A stretch of DNA of 64,000 nucleotides from positions 64,001 to 128,000 of the forward strand of contig CAWDKY010000028.1 of NCBI GenBank assembly GCA_963802945.1, given 5' to 3'. This DNA comes from an uncultured delta proteobacterium (lineage in GTDB: Bacteria > Desulfobacterota > RBG-13-43-22). The first letter of the stretch is position 1. Each line of letters starts with the position of its first letter. The translations under genes were made by a program, and so were the position numbers. Under the pieces are notes generated by a model. That model saw nothing but the letters and a program-made list of their open reading frames with translations, did no database searches and was not told the DNA's origin. Positions 52,201 through 62,129 of the stretch are shown here, in pieces.

Positions 52201-53411
52201 CCTTCCGGAGCCGGGTTATTGACCGTGATTTGAAAAGTGCCAGCCTGGTTAAAAAGGGTTGATGGGAGATTTACTTCCAGATGGTGATTGTCCACAAAGG
52301 TGACCGGAAGGGTGGTGTTTATGGAGGGCTGGAAAGAAATCGTTGATGTTTTAATAAATCCGGAACCTTCTATAGTCAGCTTTGTCCCGAGACTGCCCCG
52401 GGGGATACTGTTTGGACTGATGGAGAGGATCTCCGGTACGGGATTGGGAAGCTGGATCAGGGTCAGGCTGTCTGTTTGATCGTCCACCACCGCAGCTATG
52501 TTGGTGAAGGGATTAACGGCCACCCCCCTGCTTTGCTTTTTTAAAGGATATTTCTTAATGAGGGTATTGGTGTCCAGTTCTATATGATGAAGGGTCTGAG
52601 TGCTGCTACAGATGACCAGGACACTGTTGTCTAGTGGATTCATGGCCACATCCAGGGGATATCGGTCTGTGGCTATGGAGACCGTATTCCAGTTGTTTAA
52701 GTCAACAACCGAGATAAAGGACTCCCAGAGATTGGCCACTGCCACCAGATGGGTTTCGGGATTGATGCCGATGGCCCTGGGGAAATGACCTACAGGGACC
52801 TTCCTGGTTTCCAGAAAGGTATTCAAATCAATGACCGAAAGGTTATGGTCCAATTCATTGGCCACCAGGGCCAGTTTAAGCAGCGGGTCCACGGCGATGT
52901 CCTTGGGCCCATTCCCCACCCTAACGGTCCTGATTTCCTGCATCTGCGCCAAGTCCACCACCGAAACCGTATTTGTCAAAAAGTGGGTGACCAAAGCCAG
53001 ATGGGGACCTGCGGTGCCGCCGTCATAGACTGCCACGCTGTAAGGTCCAAACCCGACCTTTACAGTTCTCTGAACCTTATTAGTATTCAGGTTAATAACG
53101 GACAAGGTACTACCCAGGGAGTTAGCAACGACAGCCAGATTTAGGGTGGCATTAATGACCAGGCCGGTCGGGAGGTTGCCTATAGGAACGACGGCCTGGA
53201 TGGTTTGGCTGTTCAGATCAACCACGTTGACCTTTTTCGGCCAGATGCTGACCACCAGGGCCTGATTCGTCTGGGGATTGATGGCCAGACAGACGGGTAT
53301 GCCGTCGAGAGGGATATTGATATCTTCTGCAGTGGAAGATGCGTAGCCGAGGGTAAAAATTAAACACAGGGGAATGAATAATAGGACAGGCAGTCTTCGG
53401 GATAGTTGCAT
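46212..53411 (-). pseudogene. Teneurin-like RHS/YD toxin (signal, YncE-like propeller, IPT repeats, FN-plug, NHL propeller, YD shell, PLA2-like tip), broken into six ORFs
   Basis: Contiguous ORFs 51843..53411, 51239..51895, 48954..51236, 48641..48976, 48487..48729 and 46212..48464; GDGGPA NHL repeats; RFSLITGLV..GNPLSG..YG...TD..GRF teneurin-like domain; DPVNFVDLEG, then CCDAHDNCY. Confidence 0.85.
49717..49991. repeat. Internal NHL blade duplication (107-bp near-identical copies, 168-bp period)
   Basis: 49717..49823 vs 49885..49991, 1 mismatch. Confidence 0.85.
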
Positions 53412-53493
53412 AAGACATCCCTTAAAGAGAGAAGATTTTCAACTAAATGGGAAAATGAGAATTTTCCCGTCGGGCATAATGGTAATTTATTTT

Positions 53494-53509
53494 AGCAAGA
53501 GGTATGCCA
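53494..53509 (-). promoter_or_regulatory. Sigma54 (-24/-12) promoter of the teneurin-like gene
   Basis: Minus strand TGGCATACCTCTTGCT = GG-N10-GC, ~80 bp upstream of the start. Confidence 0.8.
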
Positions 53510-53575
53510 TGGCTGGAAATACCAACCATTACAAACTGTTAAGGTTTTTAGGAGGATTTGGCAGAGATGAGTGGT

Positions 53576-53613
53576 TGCACAATTCTATGTGCACATGCAC
53601 AAAAACCTGTGCA
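53576..53613. promoter_or_regulatory. Tandem activator boxes TGCACA-N6-TGTGCA
   Basis: tgcaca attcta tgtgca (53576) and tgcaca aaaacc tgtgca (53596). Confidence 0.75.
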
Positions 53614-53769
53614 TTGAAGCGCAGTTTTTTTGTATCGCTTTAGTAGAATCCTTGTCGCGAACTCCCATTGGTTTTTGGGAAAAACTTATTTTAATCCTGG
53701 AACAAAACATCTATCGAGATTGATGGTACGAACAGGAAGAGAAACCGGGAATCATGACCTCTTATGGGC

Positions 53770-55314
53770 TCAATTGAGCTGATAGCTTTTTTCATTGAAA
53801 ACGCGCATACAGGCCGCCACCACTTCCGGATCGTAAAGGATGCCTTTGTTTTGAGCAATTTCACCCAAGGCCACATCAATAGTGTAGGCTGGGCGGTAGG
53901 GACGATAGGAAGCGATGGCCTCCACCACATCGGCCACAGCCAGAATCTTGGCCTCCAGTAGGATTTCGTCACCTGAAATTCCCTTTGGGTATCCGGAGCC
54001 GTTTATTCTTTCATGATGCTGTAGGGTGATTTGGGCGATAGGCCAAGGAAAATCTATATCTTTTAAGATATCATAGCCCACACTCGGATGTTTTTTAATC
54101 AGACTGAATTCCAGATCGGATAATTTGGTGGGTTTGCTGAGGATCTCTGACGGCACAGATATCTTCCCTATGTCGTGGATAGCCCCGGACATGCGTATGC
54201 CATCCACCTGATCTTCACTGAGACCCATTTCCTGGGCTATGGTCCTGGCCAAATCGGCCACACGACGCTGATGTCCGGAAGTGTAAGGGTCCCGTGCTTC
54301 CACGGTCAAAGACATGGCCTGGATGACACCGCCCATGGCTTTCCTGAGTTTTTCGATGCTGGTTCCAACTTTTTCTTCGGACAATTTTTTCTGGGTGATA
54401 TCCTGAATATGAGAAATAAAATATAGAGGGGTTCCTTCTGTATTCCGGACAAGAGAACTGGAAACCTGGCCCCAGACCGTATTCCCATTTTTGTGAAGAT
54501 ACCTTTGCTCAAAAACGGCCCTTTTGACTTCTCCTAAAATAATTCGTTTCATAAACTCCTGGCTCATAGGCCGGTCTTCCGGATGGGTAATGTCATTCAC
54601 CGTCAGGCTTTCAAGTTCTTCTTTGCTATAGCCGAACATCTTACACATGCGGTTATTGACTTCCAGGTGTTTCCCGACGGCATGGATAAGGCAAATGCCG
54701 TCATTGGCATTTTCAAAAACCAGACGAAACCGTTCCTCACTTTCAATCAATTTTTGTTCTGAAAATTTATGACTGGCAATATCCATCATCATGTGCAGGA
54801 AATGGAGTGGACGGCCGTTAATATCCTTTAATAGTTGGATCGTGAGGTTTGTCCAAATGGGATTTCCATCTTTTCGGATATATCGTTGTTGCTTGTCAAT
54901 ATGATCCATTTCTCCCTGAAGCAGTTTGCTGACCAACTCCAGGTTGTTATCTAAATCATATGGAAAGGTGAGGTCTGGATATTCCATTGAAATCAACTCC
55001 TGCTCTGCGTAACCGAGGAGGTCACAAAGCTTCGGATTTACCAATTGATAACGGAAATCCAAGGACACCAAAGCTGCCCCAAGGGGAGATTGTGCGAAAA
55101 ACTGCTTGAAGGAGTTTTTTACTTCTCTTAAAGAGTTATTTGCTTTTTCCAATTCCTTTTTTTTGAGATGAAGTTCCTCCCTGACCACTTCCAATTCCTC
55201 TAAAGCGCCGGAAAGTTGTTCCATAATCTCTGGTGTCGCAAGGTTTGAAGAAAATTGCCCACGCTCCTTAAAAACCTCTTGCGCCGCTTCTGTTAACCTA
55301 TGCTTTTCCCTCAT
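53770..55314 (-). CDS. Coiled-coil-PAS-PAS-HD-GYP cyclic dinucleotide phosphodiesterase
   Basis: Two PAS/PAC domains; RDPYTSGHQRRV, HDIGK and HHERINGSGYP. Confidence 0.92.
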   Translation of the reverse strand: MREKHRLTEAAQEVFKERGQFSSNLATPEIMEQLSGALEELEVVREELHLKKKELEKANNSLREVKNSFKQFFAQSPLGAALVSLDFRYQLVNPKLCDLLGYAEQELISMEYPDLTFPYDLDNNLELVSKLLQGEMDHIDKQQRYIRKDGNPIWTNLTIQLLKDINGRPLHFLHMMMDIASHKFSEQKLIESEERFRLVFENANDGICLIHAVGKHLEVNNRMCKMFGYSKEELESLTVNDITHPEDRPMSQEFMKRIILGEVKRAVFEQRYLHKNGNTVWGQVSSSLVRNTEGTPLYFISHIQDITQKKLSEEKVGTSIEKLRKAMGGVIQAMSLTVEARDPYTSGHQRRVADLARTIAQEMGLSEDQVDGIRMSGAIHDIGKISVPSEILSKPTKLSDLEFSLIKKHPSVGYDILKDIDFPWPIAQITLQHHERINGSGYPKGISGDEILLEAKILAVADVVEAIASYRPYRPAYTIDVALGEIAQNKGILYDPEVVAACMRVFNEKSYQLN

Positions 55315-55482
55315 AATTTTATAAAATTTCCTCTCCGTAGAATAGTTAAGTTATCCCAAATTTCCGGACCTATATACCTACTATGGCTTAAATTAAAGAA
55401 AAATCCGATTTTATGATCTTGTAAGGATTTTAACCATAAATTCAAAAAAAACCGGACTTTACTCTCCGTAAACTATTTAAGT

Positions 55483-55498
55483 TGCAGGAATTGTACCA
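55483..55498 (-). promoter_or_regulatory. Sigma54 promoter of the HD-GYP gene
   Basis: Minus strand TGGTACAATTCCTGCA = GG-N10-GC. Confidence 0.7.
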
Positions 55499-55548
55499 CG
55501 AACAATTCATTGTTATTATTACATATTTATTTTTATGATTAACGGCCC

Positions 55549-55587
55549 TTCACAAGCTCTTGTGCACTTTGCACAATTTTATGTGTA
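55549..55587. promoter_or_regulatory. Tandem activator boxes, one mismatch each
   Basis: ttcaca agctct tgtgca (55549) and tgcaca atttta tgtgta (55570). Confidence 0.7.
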
Positions 55588-55730
55588 ATGTTTATAGTAA
55601 GCTGAGAAAAAAGTGATGCAAAAATAAAGCCTTGGGCCGACCCTGGAAGGTTTAAGACCAAATCGAAAAAACAGGTGCCGGAGGGACTGGAAGAAAAACT
55701 ACCCAAAAGTGTGGGTGAAATAAAAACGGT

Positions 55731-57083
55731 CTAATAATTTATTCCTAATTCATTCATTTTGTTAATCAGGGTATTACGATGAATATCCAATAATTCAGCA
55801 GCCTCTTTCTTATTAAACCTCACTTTTTCGAGAACTTCGATGATAAAATTTTTTTCAAAATTACTGATAGCGTCTTTTAATTTCATGATCTGAACGGTTT
55901 CTTTTTTACGAGAAATTAACATCGAAACATCTTTAAGGTTAATCACCGGATCGTTGACAACGGTTGTTAATCGTTCAACCAAGTTTTTAAGTTCTCGAAC
56001 GTTACCCGGCCAGTCGTATTTGATCACAACCTCTGCGGCTTCTTTGGAAATTTTTTTGGCCGGCTTTCCTGTATTTCTCGAATAGGTTTCCAAGAAGTAA
56101 TTAATCAATAAAATAATATCATTTGGTTTCTCTCTCAAGGCCGGCAATTCTATCGGTAAAACATTTAAACGATAAAAAAGATCCTCACGAAAATTACCTT
56201 TGGCAATCAATTGGAGAAGGTCTTTATTAGAAGCGGCAATAAAGCGAACATCCAGTTTAACCACTTTCCTGCTGCCTATCTTTTCAAATTCCTTTTCCTG
56301 AATCACCCTAAGAAGCTTACTTTGCATGGCGATTTTAAGAGAATCAATGTCATCCAGAAAAACCGTGCCCTTGTCGGCAATTTCCAGCTTGCCGATCATC
56401 GTGGTCGAGGCACCGGTAAAAGCCCCTTTTTGATAGCCAAAAAGTTCACTTTCCATTAATGATTCCGGTATAGCGGCACAATTGATGACAACAAAAGGCT
56501 GATCCTTCCTGGGGCTCCGTTTATGTATGGCCCGGGCTACCAATTCCTTGCCGGTCCCGCTTTCTCCTTGAATGAGTACCGTGCCTTCCGTTTGCGAATA
56601 CATCGATATCAGCTCAAAGATTTTGATCATTTTTTCATCCTGTCCGATCATCTCCTCGAACAAATGATTAAATCTCCCCAACTCATTTTTAAGATAGATA
56701 ACTTTTCTGATCAGGTCACGTTTTTCAAGGGCTCGTCGGATAATCTTAAGAACCTCATGTACATCAAAAGGTTTAACGATATAATCATAGGCTCCCAGTC
56801 TGATGGCCTTTACCGCTGTTTGAATATCCTTCACGGCGGTGATCATGATCACTTCGATGCTCGAATCCAATTCTTTAAATTTTTCCAACAAATCAAGGCC
56901 GTTATTATCCGGCAAGAGGATATCCAGCAGGATAAGGTCAACGGCATTTTGATTAAAAAGATCTACGGCTTCGGCCCCTGATGCGGCCAGCAATACACTA
57001 AAATCATCTTTTAAAACCATTTTAAAGGATTGAAGGACCCCGAATTCATCATCCACAACTAAAATGGTCGATTTCTTTTCCAT
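55731..57083 (-). CDS. Sigma54-dependent response regulator (REC-AAA+-HTH, NtrC family)
   Basis: VVDDE / LLD receiver, GESGTGKE, GAFTGA, FREDLFYRLNV, WPGNVREL and a Fis-type HTH. Confidence 0.95.
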   Translation of the reverse strand: MEKKSTILVVDDEFGVLQSFKMVLKDDFSVLLAASGAEAVDLFNQNAVDLILLDILLPDNNGLDLLEKFKELDSSIEVIMITAVKDIQTAVKAIRLGAYDYIVKPFDVHEVLKIIRRALEKRDLIRKVIYLKNELGRFNHLFEEMIGQDEKMIKIFELISMYSQTEGTVLIQGESGTGKELVARAIHKRSPRKDQPFVVINCAAIPESLMESELFGYQKGAFTGASTTMIGKLEIADKGTVFLDDIDSLKIAMQSKLLRVIQEKEFEKIGSRKVVKLDVRFIAASNKDLLQLIAKGNFREDLFYRLNVLPIELPALREKPNDIILLINYFLETYSRNTGKPAKKISKEAAEVVIKYDWPGNVRELKNLVERLTTVVNDPVINLKDVSMLISRKKETVQIMKLKDAISNFEKNFIIEVLEKVRFNKKEAAELLDIHRNTLINKMNELGINY

Positions 57084-57191
57084 CCTAAGCTCCTCCAGGG
57101 GTTTGCTTTACTCCCCCGATAGTTACCATATTCTTAATCCCACCTTTTATCAGATAATTGTAATTTTTATTACAAGTCAAGAGAAAAAGCT

Positions 57192-57231
57192 TGCACAAAT
57201 AATTGTGCAGCGATGCACAAAAAAATAGGCA
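57192..57231. promoter_or_regulatory. Tandem activator boxes in the divergent regulator/operon intergenic region
   Basis: tgcaca aataat tgtgca (57192) and tgcaca aaaaaa taggca (57214). Confidence 0.7.
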
Positions 57232-57372
57232 CGCCGCCAAGGAGAGAAAAAAACCTAAAAATGATAAAAGCCTGTAACTCATTCTTATTATTATGATAAC
57301 ATTTTTTAAAAAGATCTCGTATGTTTTTTGCAACTTATTTTTTTATGCCTTATAATTAAGGAGGGTGTTTTT

Positions 57373-58351
57373 ATGCAATTAAGCCTGAGTAAATTTCTCC
57401 AATGGAAAATCAACATCTTGTTATGTCAAAAACTTGGATGGAATTTTGCCTTTTTTTATATCATGGTTCTGGGCAACCTATACTTCCTTTTCAAACGAAA
57501 AGAGAAGAAAAAGATTAAAGAGGCGGTTAAAATGGTTTTTGCTACGCAAAAAGGGCGATCTGAAAAAAGGACTATCGTCAGGGGAGTCTTTAAGGGTATA
57601 TTATGGCATTATTATGAAAAAATCTTTAACGTTTATACCTCACTTGAACGGTTGAAAATTTTTTTTAATCAGCATATAGAACCAGATGGGATACCGGCTA
57701 TAGAGCAGGGGATTGCCAGGGGGAAAGGTGTTCTCCTTGTTACCGGTCATTTTGGAGGGATTGAATTTATACCCAAGTACTTGGCGACTCAAAATTATCC
57801 GGTTACGATTCTGGCCAAGTTTTCATCTGAACATCTTAAAAATATCTCTGTGAAACAGGCGGACAAGCTGGCCATTAATCTTATCAACGCCAATGAATGT
57901 CCTAATATCATAAAAGCCATCATCCAGGATTTGAAACAAAACAGGATTGTTATCACACAATGTGACGAGATAGAAGAGTGGAGGCCTTCCTTAAATGAGG
58001 AGGTTTCTTTTTTGGGAAATACGAATTTATCTGGATAAAACCATCAATACCTTGATCAGAAGAGGGAATACTTTCGTTGTATTTGCGGTTATGCATAGAA
58101 TCAATAACCAGGTGTATAGATTTATTGCCCATCCATGGGAAAAAATAATTAATTCCGGGGAGCACTCAACCAATAAATCCCTGGGAGAGATGGTTTTGAA
58201 ATATCTTGAACAATATATATACCAATACCCAGAAGAATGGTATCAATGGAAAAAAGTTCCCGAGATTAAGATCGTAAAAGGGCGGGCTGTTCCAGAGAAA
58301 GAAAGAAAGGCTCAACTGTGGTTGAAACCGGCCTTTGGAAGAATTCCATAA
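57373..58351 (+). pseudogene. LpxL/HtrB-like lysophospholipid acyltransferase with a +1 frameshift at ~58019
   Basis: GVLLVTGHFGGIE (HX4E) in the first ORF and YPEEWYQW in the second; extra A in 'ggga aat acg'; possibly a sequencing error. Confidence 0.8.
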
Positions 58352-58435
58352 TTAAAAAAGTTATCAATCCAGTGACCCTCCGAAAATTCTTTGAAATTTC
58401 GAGAAAAATAATACCTTGTTGACAGGAGCGGGCCT

Positions 58436-60007
58436 ATGGATGTCTTAATTATTGCCGGAATATCCAAACACAGCGGAAGTCAATTCGGGGTAAAGCAAGA
58501 GATCATCAAAGATGGAATGGTGATGAATTATGCCAACTTGCAAAAGTACTTCGGTATTCAACCCAATGATGGCTTTTCAAGTTTTAGTACCCCTTATTTG
58601 GCGGGAATCTATTTGTATAATTACCTTTCTCGTCGTGGGATCAAATGCGGACTTATAAATTTCTTGGATAAAGAAATAGAATATTTTCAGAAACTTCTGC
58701 AACAGTCACCCAAAGCCATTGCCCTCTCTTCAACCTTCTTAATTGATATTAGATCTGTAAAAAAAGTCACCCAAATTATACGCCAATCTGCTCCGGATAT
58801 TAAAATTATTCTGGGCGGCCCGTTAGTATACAACAGTTATCTTTTATATCAGCTTAGGGACAGTGACTATGACACGGCTTCTTGTGCCCAAGATTATTTC
58901 TTTCTAAATACCGACGAGCAGTATTATGAGGATATTGATTTGTTTGTAATCGAAGAACAGGGGGAGGAAACCCTATACCGAGTGGTTGATGCCATAAAAA
59001 ATTGCCGTGATTGTACCGAGATAACAAACCTGGCTTACTATAAAAATGGCCAAGTATTTTTTACCGCCAGAAAACCCGAGCATAATGATTTTAGTGAAGA
59101 CTTAGTTCAATGGGATCAGATTCCGGATGAATATATCTATCCCATTTTTCCCATGAGAGGCTCACGAGGTTGTCCATATCGATGCCGGTATTGTAATTTT
59201 TCTCCAAATCGAACTTTTCGTTTAAAAAGTGCAGAAATTCTAGGACAGGAGGTGGCTGCTTTAGTAAATACGGGAAAGGTTAAAATAATCAGATTTACTG
59301 ATGATAATCTTTTTTTGACCCGCAAGCAGGTGGAAGAATATTGTCGTAAGATTATTGAGGTAGGAAAGGGAATAAGATGGTCGTCATTTATCCGGGCAAA
59401 CTCCATCTCCAAAGAAAATGTTAAATTACTTAGAGATTCCGGATGTATTTCTACCATGATCGGCATGGAATCCGGTAATAAAAACATCTTAAAGGAAATG
59501 AACAAAGAAGATACGCCGGAGCATTATCTGGAAGTAATAGAGTTATTAAACAAACATGGCATTTCAACTCAGCTAACCTTCCTAATCGGTTTTCCCGGTG
59601 AAACTCCCGAGACCATTGAAGATACTGTTAGCCTGATAAACCAATTCCATCATCAAGGCCCGGCCATTAACGAGGTATCGATTTTCCCTTTTGGATTAGC
59701 CCCATTGTCTCCGATATATGGCCCTGAATATAGGAAAAAATATAATTTGAGCGGATATATGATGAATTGGTCTCATTGCACGATGAATTCAGAAGAGGCA
59801 AAAAAATATGCCGCGGGACTCTTTATTAATTTTCAACATGCTCACCACCACTATGGGATTGAAGAATTACTATTGTTGGAGACAACTAAATTAAAAAAAA
59901 TTTCAGAACTTCGTTCACAAATTCGAAAAGCTGAGATATGCAAGTATCCAGCAAAACATATCGACCAATTCTGGAACGACATGAAACAATTAGTCCTTTT
60001 CGGTTAA
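58436..60007 (+). CDS. Cobalamin-binding radical SAM protein
   Basis: IILGGP / EQGEE B12-binding region; RGCPYRCRYC, FTDDNL, GMESG and IGFPGET. Confidence 0.9.
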   Translation: MDVLIIAGISKHSGSQFGVKQEIIKDGMVMNYANLQKYFGIQPNDGFSSFSTPYLAGIYLYNYLSRRGIKCGLINFLDKEIEYFQKLLQQSPKAIALSSTFLIDIRSVKKVTQIIRQSAPDIKIILGGPLVYNSYLLYQLRDSDYDTASCAQDYFFLNTDEQYYEDIDLFVIEEQGEETLYRVVDAIKNCRDCTEITNLAYYKNGQVFFTARKPEHNDFSEDLVQWDQIPDEYIYPIFPMRGSRGCPYRCRYCNFSPNRTFRLKSAEILGQEVAALVNTGKVKIIRFTDDNLFLTRKQVEEYCRKIIEVGKGIRWSSFIRANSISKENVKLLRDSGCISTMIGMESGNKNILKEMNKEDTPEHYLEVIELLNKHGISTQLTFLIGFPGETPETIEDTVSLINQFHHQGPAINEVSIFPFGLAPLSPIYGPEYRKKYNLSGYMMNWSHCTMNSEEAKKYAAGLFINFQHAHHHYGIEELLLLETTKLKKISELRSQIRKAEICKYPAKHIDQFWNDMKQLVLFG

Positions 60008-60090
60008 ATTGTTTGTATGAAATTAAAGATAAATTTTTTGAGGGGCAAGAAAATTCTAAGTAGTTTTAAAAGACCCTTCAGGAAATAATA

Positions 60091-62064
60091 ATGAAAAAAG
60101 AAGTAAGTTGTTTCAATACCAAGGGGGTCCTTGAATATGTTAAGGAATACAATCCTGAAGCTTATTCTGCCCTTTTTCGCAACCTTGATCCTGAAATCGA
60201 TGCTCATCCAGACCCGGAGAGTTTTTTACGAGATCACAACAATTGGATCTCATCCACAATTGCTTCAGAAATATTCAAAAGAGCGAGATTAATACTCAAG
60301 GACGAGATGGCCCCTATTAAAATAGCCAAATATGTCGTTGAAAATACTACATTAGGATACAGGGGAATACTTATTAAAGCATTCTGGTCTAATAAGAATG
60401 CACTTAAACACTTACAAAGAATTAATGATAAATGGAACAGGAACAAAAAAGTTGAACTCGTAGAAATTAAGATGAATACAGCGATTGTTCGACTGCATTG
60501 GAATCCCCAAATGGATGTTTCTAAGGATTTGTGTCTATACAATCAAGGGAATTATATTTTTATTTCGAGTATATGGGGTGGGACACCAATGTTCCTCGAC
60601 GAAGAATGCTGTTATTTTAATGGTGCACCTTATTGTGAATTCCATTTGAGGTGGCCTTTAAGAAATAAAGTTTATGAGATTTTTTCCAGATTTTTCTCTT
60701 CCCGGTCGGTTATGATGGAAACCATCATGGAAATGGAGGAAGACAAAAAAGTTATAGAGGAAAAATATGATGAGGTCAATCGATTGAATCTGGAATTAAA
60801 TTATAAAATCAAACAACTTTTAGCTATACAAGAAACCGGAAAGGCAATTCTCTCTGTTCTTGACTTGAATAATTTATTAACCGTTATCATGAATATTCTA
60901 TCTAATGTATGCCAAATTCATCGTGCCCTGATCATGCTGGTTAATGAAGGGAAGGGATACTTAGAATATTTATATGCAGTGGGTTTTCCAGGAGAAATCC
61001 CTCAAGAAATCATAAATTACAAACTTCCCTTAAGTCGTGTCAGTAACATTATGGCGCGGGTGGCCAATACCGGAAAATCGGAATATATTCCCGAGGTGAA
61101 TAGTTCCTTATTAAACAGAGAGAATATTGTTTTGGCCCTTGGAAAACCCACCTCAGTTTATGTTGTTCCTCTCATAACCAGGTCCAGAATAATCGGTGTA
61201 ATCGCCACCGATTCCATTGAAGGCCAAGGCATTCCCAAGGAAATCCGGGAGACCCTGGATGTCTTCGCCCCCCAGATTGCCATAGCCATTGAAAATGCCA
61301 GACTGTATAACCAACTCCAGAATCAGATGGAAGAGTTAAAAACATCCCAGGACCTGCTCAGCAGGACTGAAAAACTCTCTTTCTTTGGTAACCTGGCGGC
61401 CAGGTTGGCCCATGAAATCAAAAATCCGATGGTGGCCATAAGGACCTTTATTCAGATGCTGCCCCAAAAATATGATGATGAAGAGTTTAAAAAAGATTTT
61501 TATAATATAGCCTTGGAAGAGACCAACCGAGTAAACAATTTACTTACTGAGCTTCTTGATCTAGTCAAAACCAAAGAATCCCGCTGTGAGATGGCTGATC
61601 TCCACTCCTTGATCGAGAAAATGATCCTTTTGGTCTCACCGGAGAGCAAGTCGAAACAGATCGAGATTGTAAAAAATTTTAGCCCCCGAATTGGGCCGAT
61701 ATGGATGGATCCGGAAAAAATAAAACAGGTTATATTAAACCTGTTATCTAATGCCGTTGAGTTTACCCCCAAGGGAGGAAGGATTGAAATCATTACAACA
61801 GAAATTGTAGAAAAAGAAAAAACGCCAAGGATTTGTCTTGTAATTCAAGATAATGGAGCAGGGATTCCCCAGCCTATTATTCATAAAATATTTGATCCGT
61901 ATTTCACCACCAAACATAAAAGCAGCCTTCACAACGGAACCGGTCTGGGGCTGTTTATTGCTTATCAAAATATGTTGGATCACCAAGGAACCATCGAGGT
62001 GGAAAGTAAGGTCAATGAAGGGACAAAATTCACCTTGTTTTTGCCTGTAACAGCCCCGTCTTAA
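60091..62064 (+). CDS. Cytoplasmic sensor histidine kinase (V4R/HNOB-like, GAF, HisKA, HATPase)
   Basis: EECCYFNGAPYCEFHLRW (V4R-like), GAF ending AIENARLY, LAHEIKNP, NLLSNA, DNGAGI, FDPYFTTK and GTGLGL. Confidence 0.9.
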   Translation: MKKEVSCFNTKGVLEYVKEYNPEAYSALFRNLDPEIDAHPDPESFLRDHNNWISSTIASEIFKRARLILKDEMAPIKIAKYVVENTTLGYRGILIKAFWSNKNALKHLQRINDKWNRNKKVELVEIKMNTAIVRLHWNPQMDVSKDLCLYNQGNYIFISSIWGGTPMFLDEECCYFNGAPYCEFHLRWPLRNKVYEIFSRFFSSRSVMMETIMEMEEDKKVIEEKYDEVNRLNLELNYKIKQLLAIQETGKAILSVLDLNNLLTVIMNILSNVCQIHRALIMLVNEGKGYLEYLYAVGFPGEIPQEIINYKLPLSRVSNIMARVANTGKSEYIPEVNSSLLNRENIVLALGKPTSVYVVPLITRSRIIGVIATDSIEGQGIPKEIRETLDVFAPQIAIAIENARLYNQLQNQMEELKTSQDLLSRTEKLSFFGNLAARLAHEIKNPMVAIRTFIQMLPQKYDDEEFKKDFYNIALEETNRVNNLLTELLDLVKTKESRCEMADLHSLIEKMILLVSPESKSKQIEIVKNFSPRIGPIWMDPEKIKQVILNLLSNAVEFTPKGGRIEIITTEIVEKEKTPRICLVIQDNGAGIPQPIIHKIFDPYFTTKHKSSLHNGTGLGLFIAYQNMLDHQGTIEVESKVNEGTKFTLFLPVTAPS

Positions 62065-62129
62065 AAAAAACACTTTACAATTGGACGCTTAACTCTTAAA
62101 AGAACCTAAGGCAGAATAGGTACCGACTC

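Noticed and set aside
40991-53411. Type VI secretion effector locus
   Set aside because: No PAAR, VgrG, Hcp or chaperone gene in the window; the main protein begins with a signal-peptide-like segment
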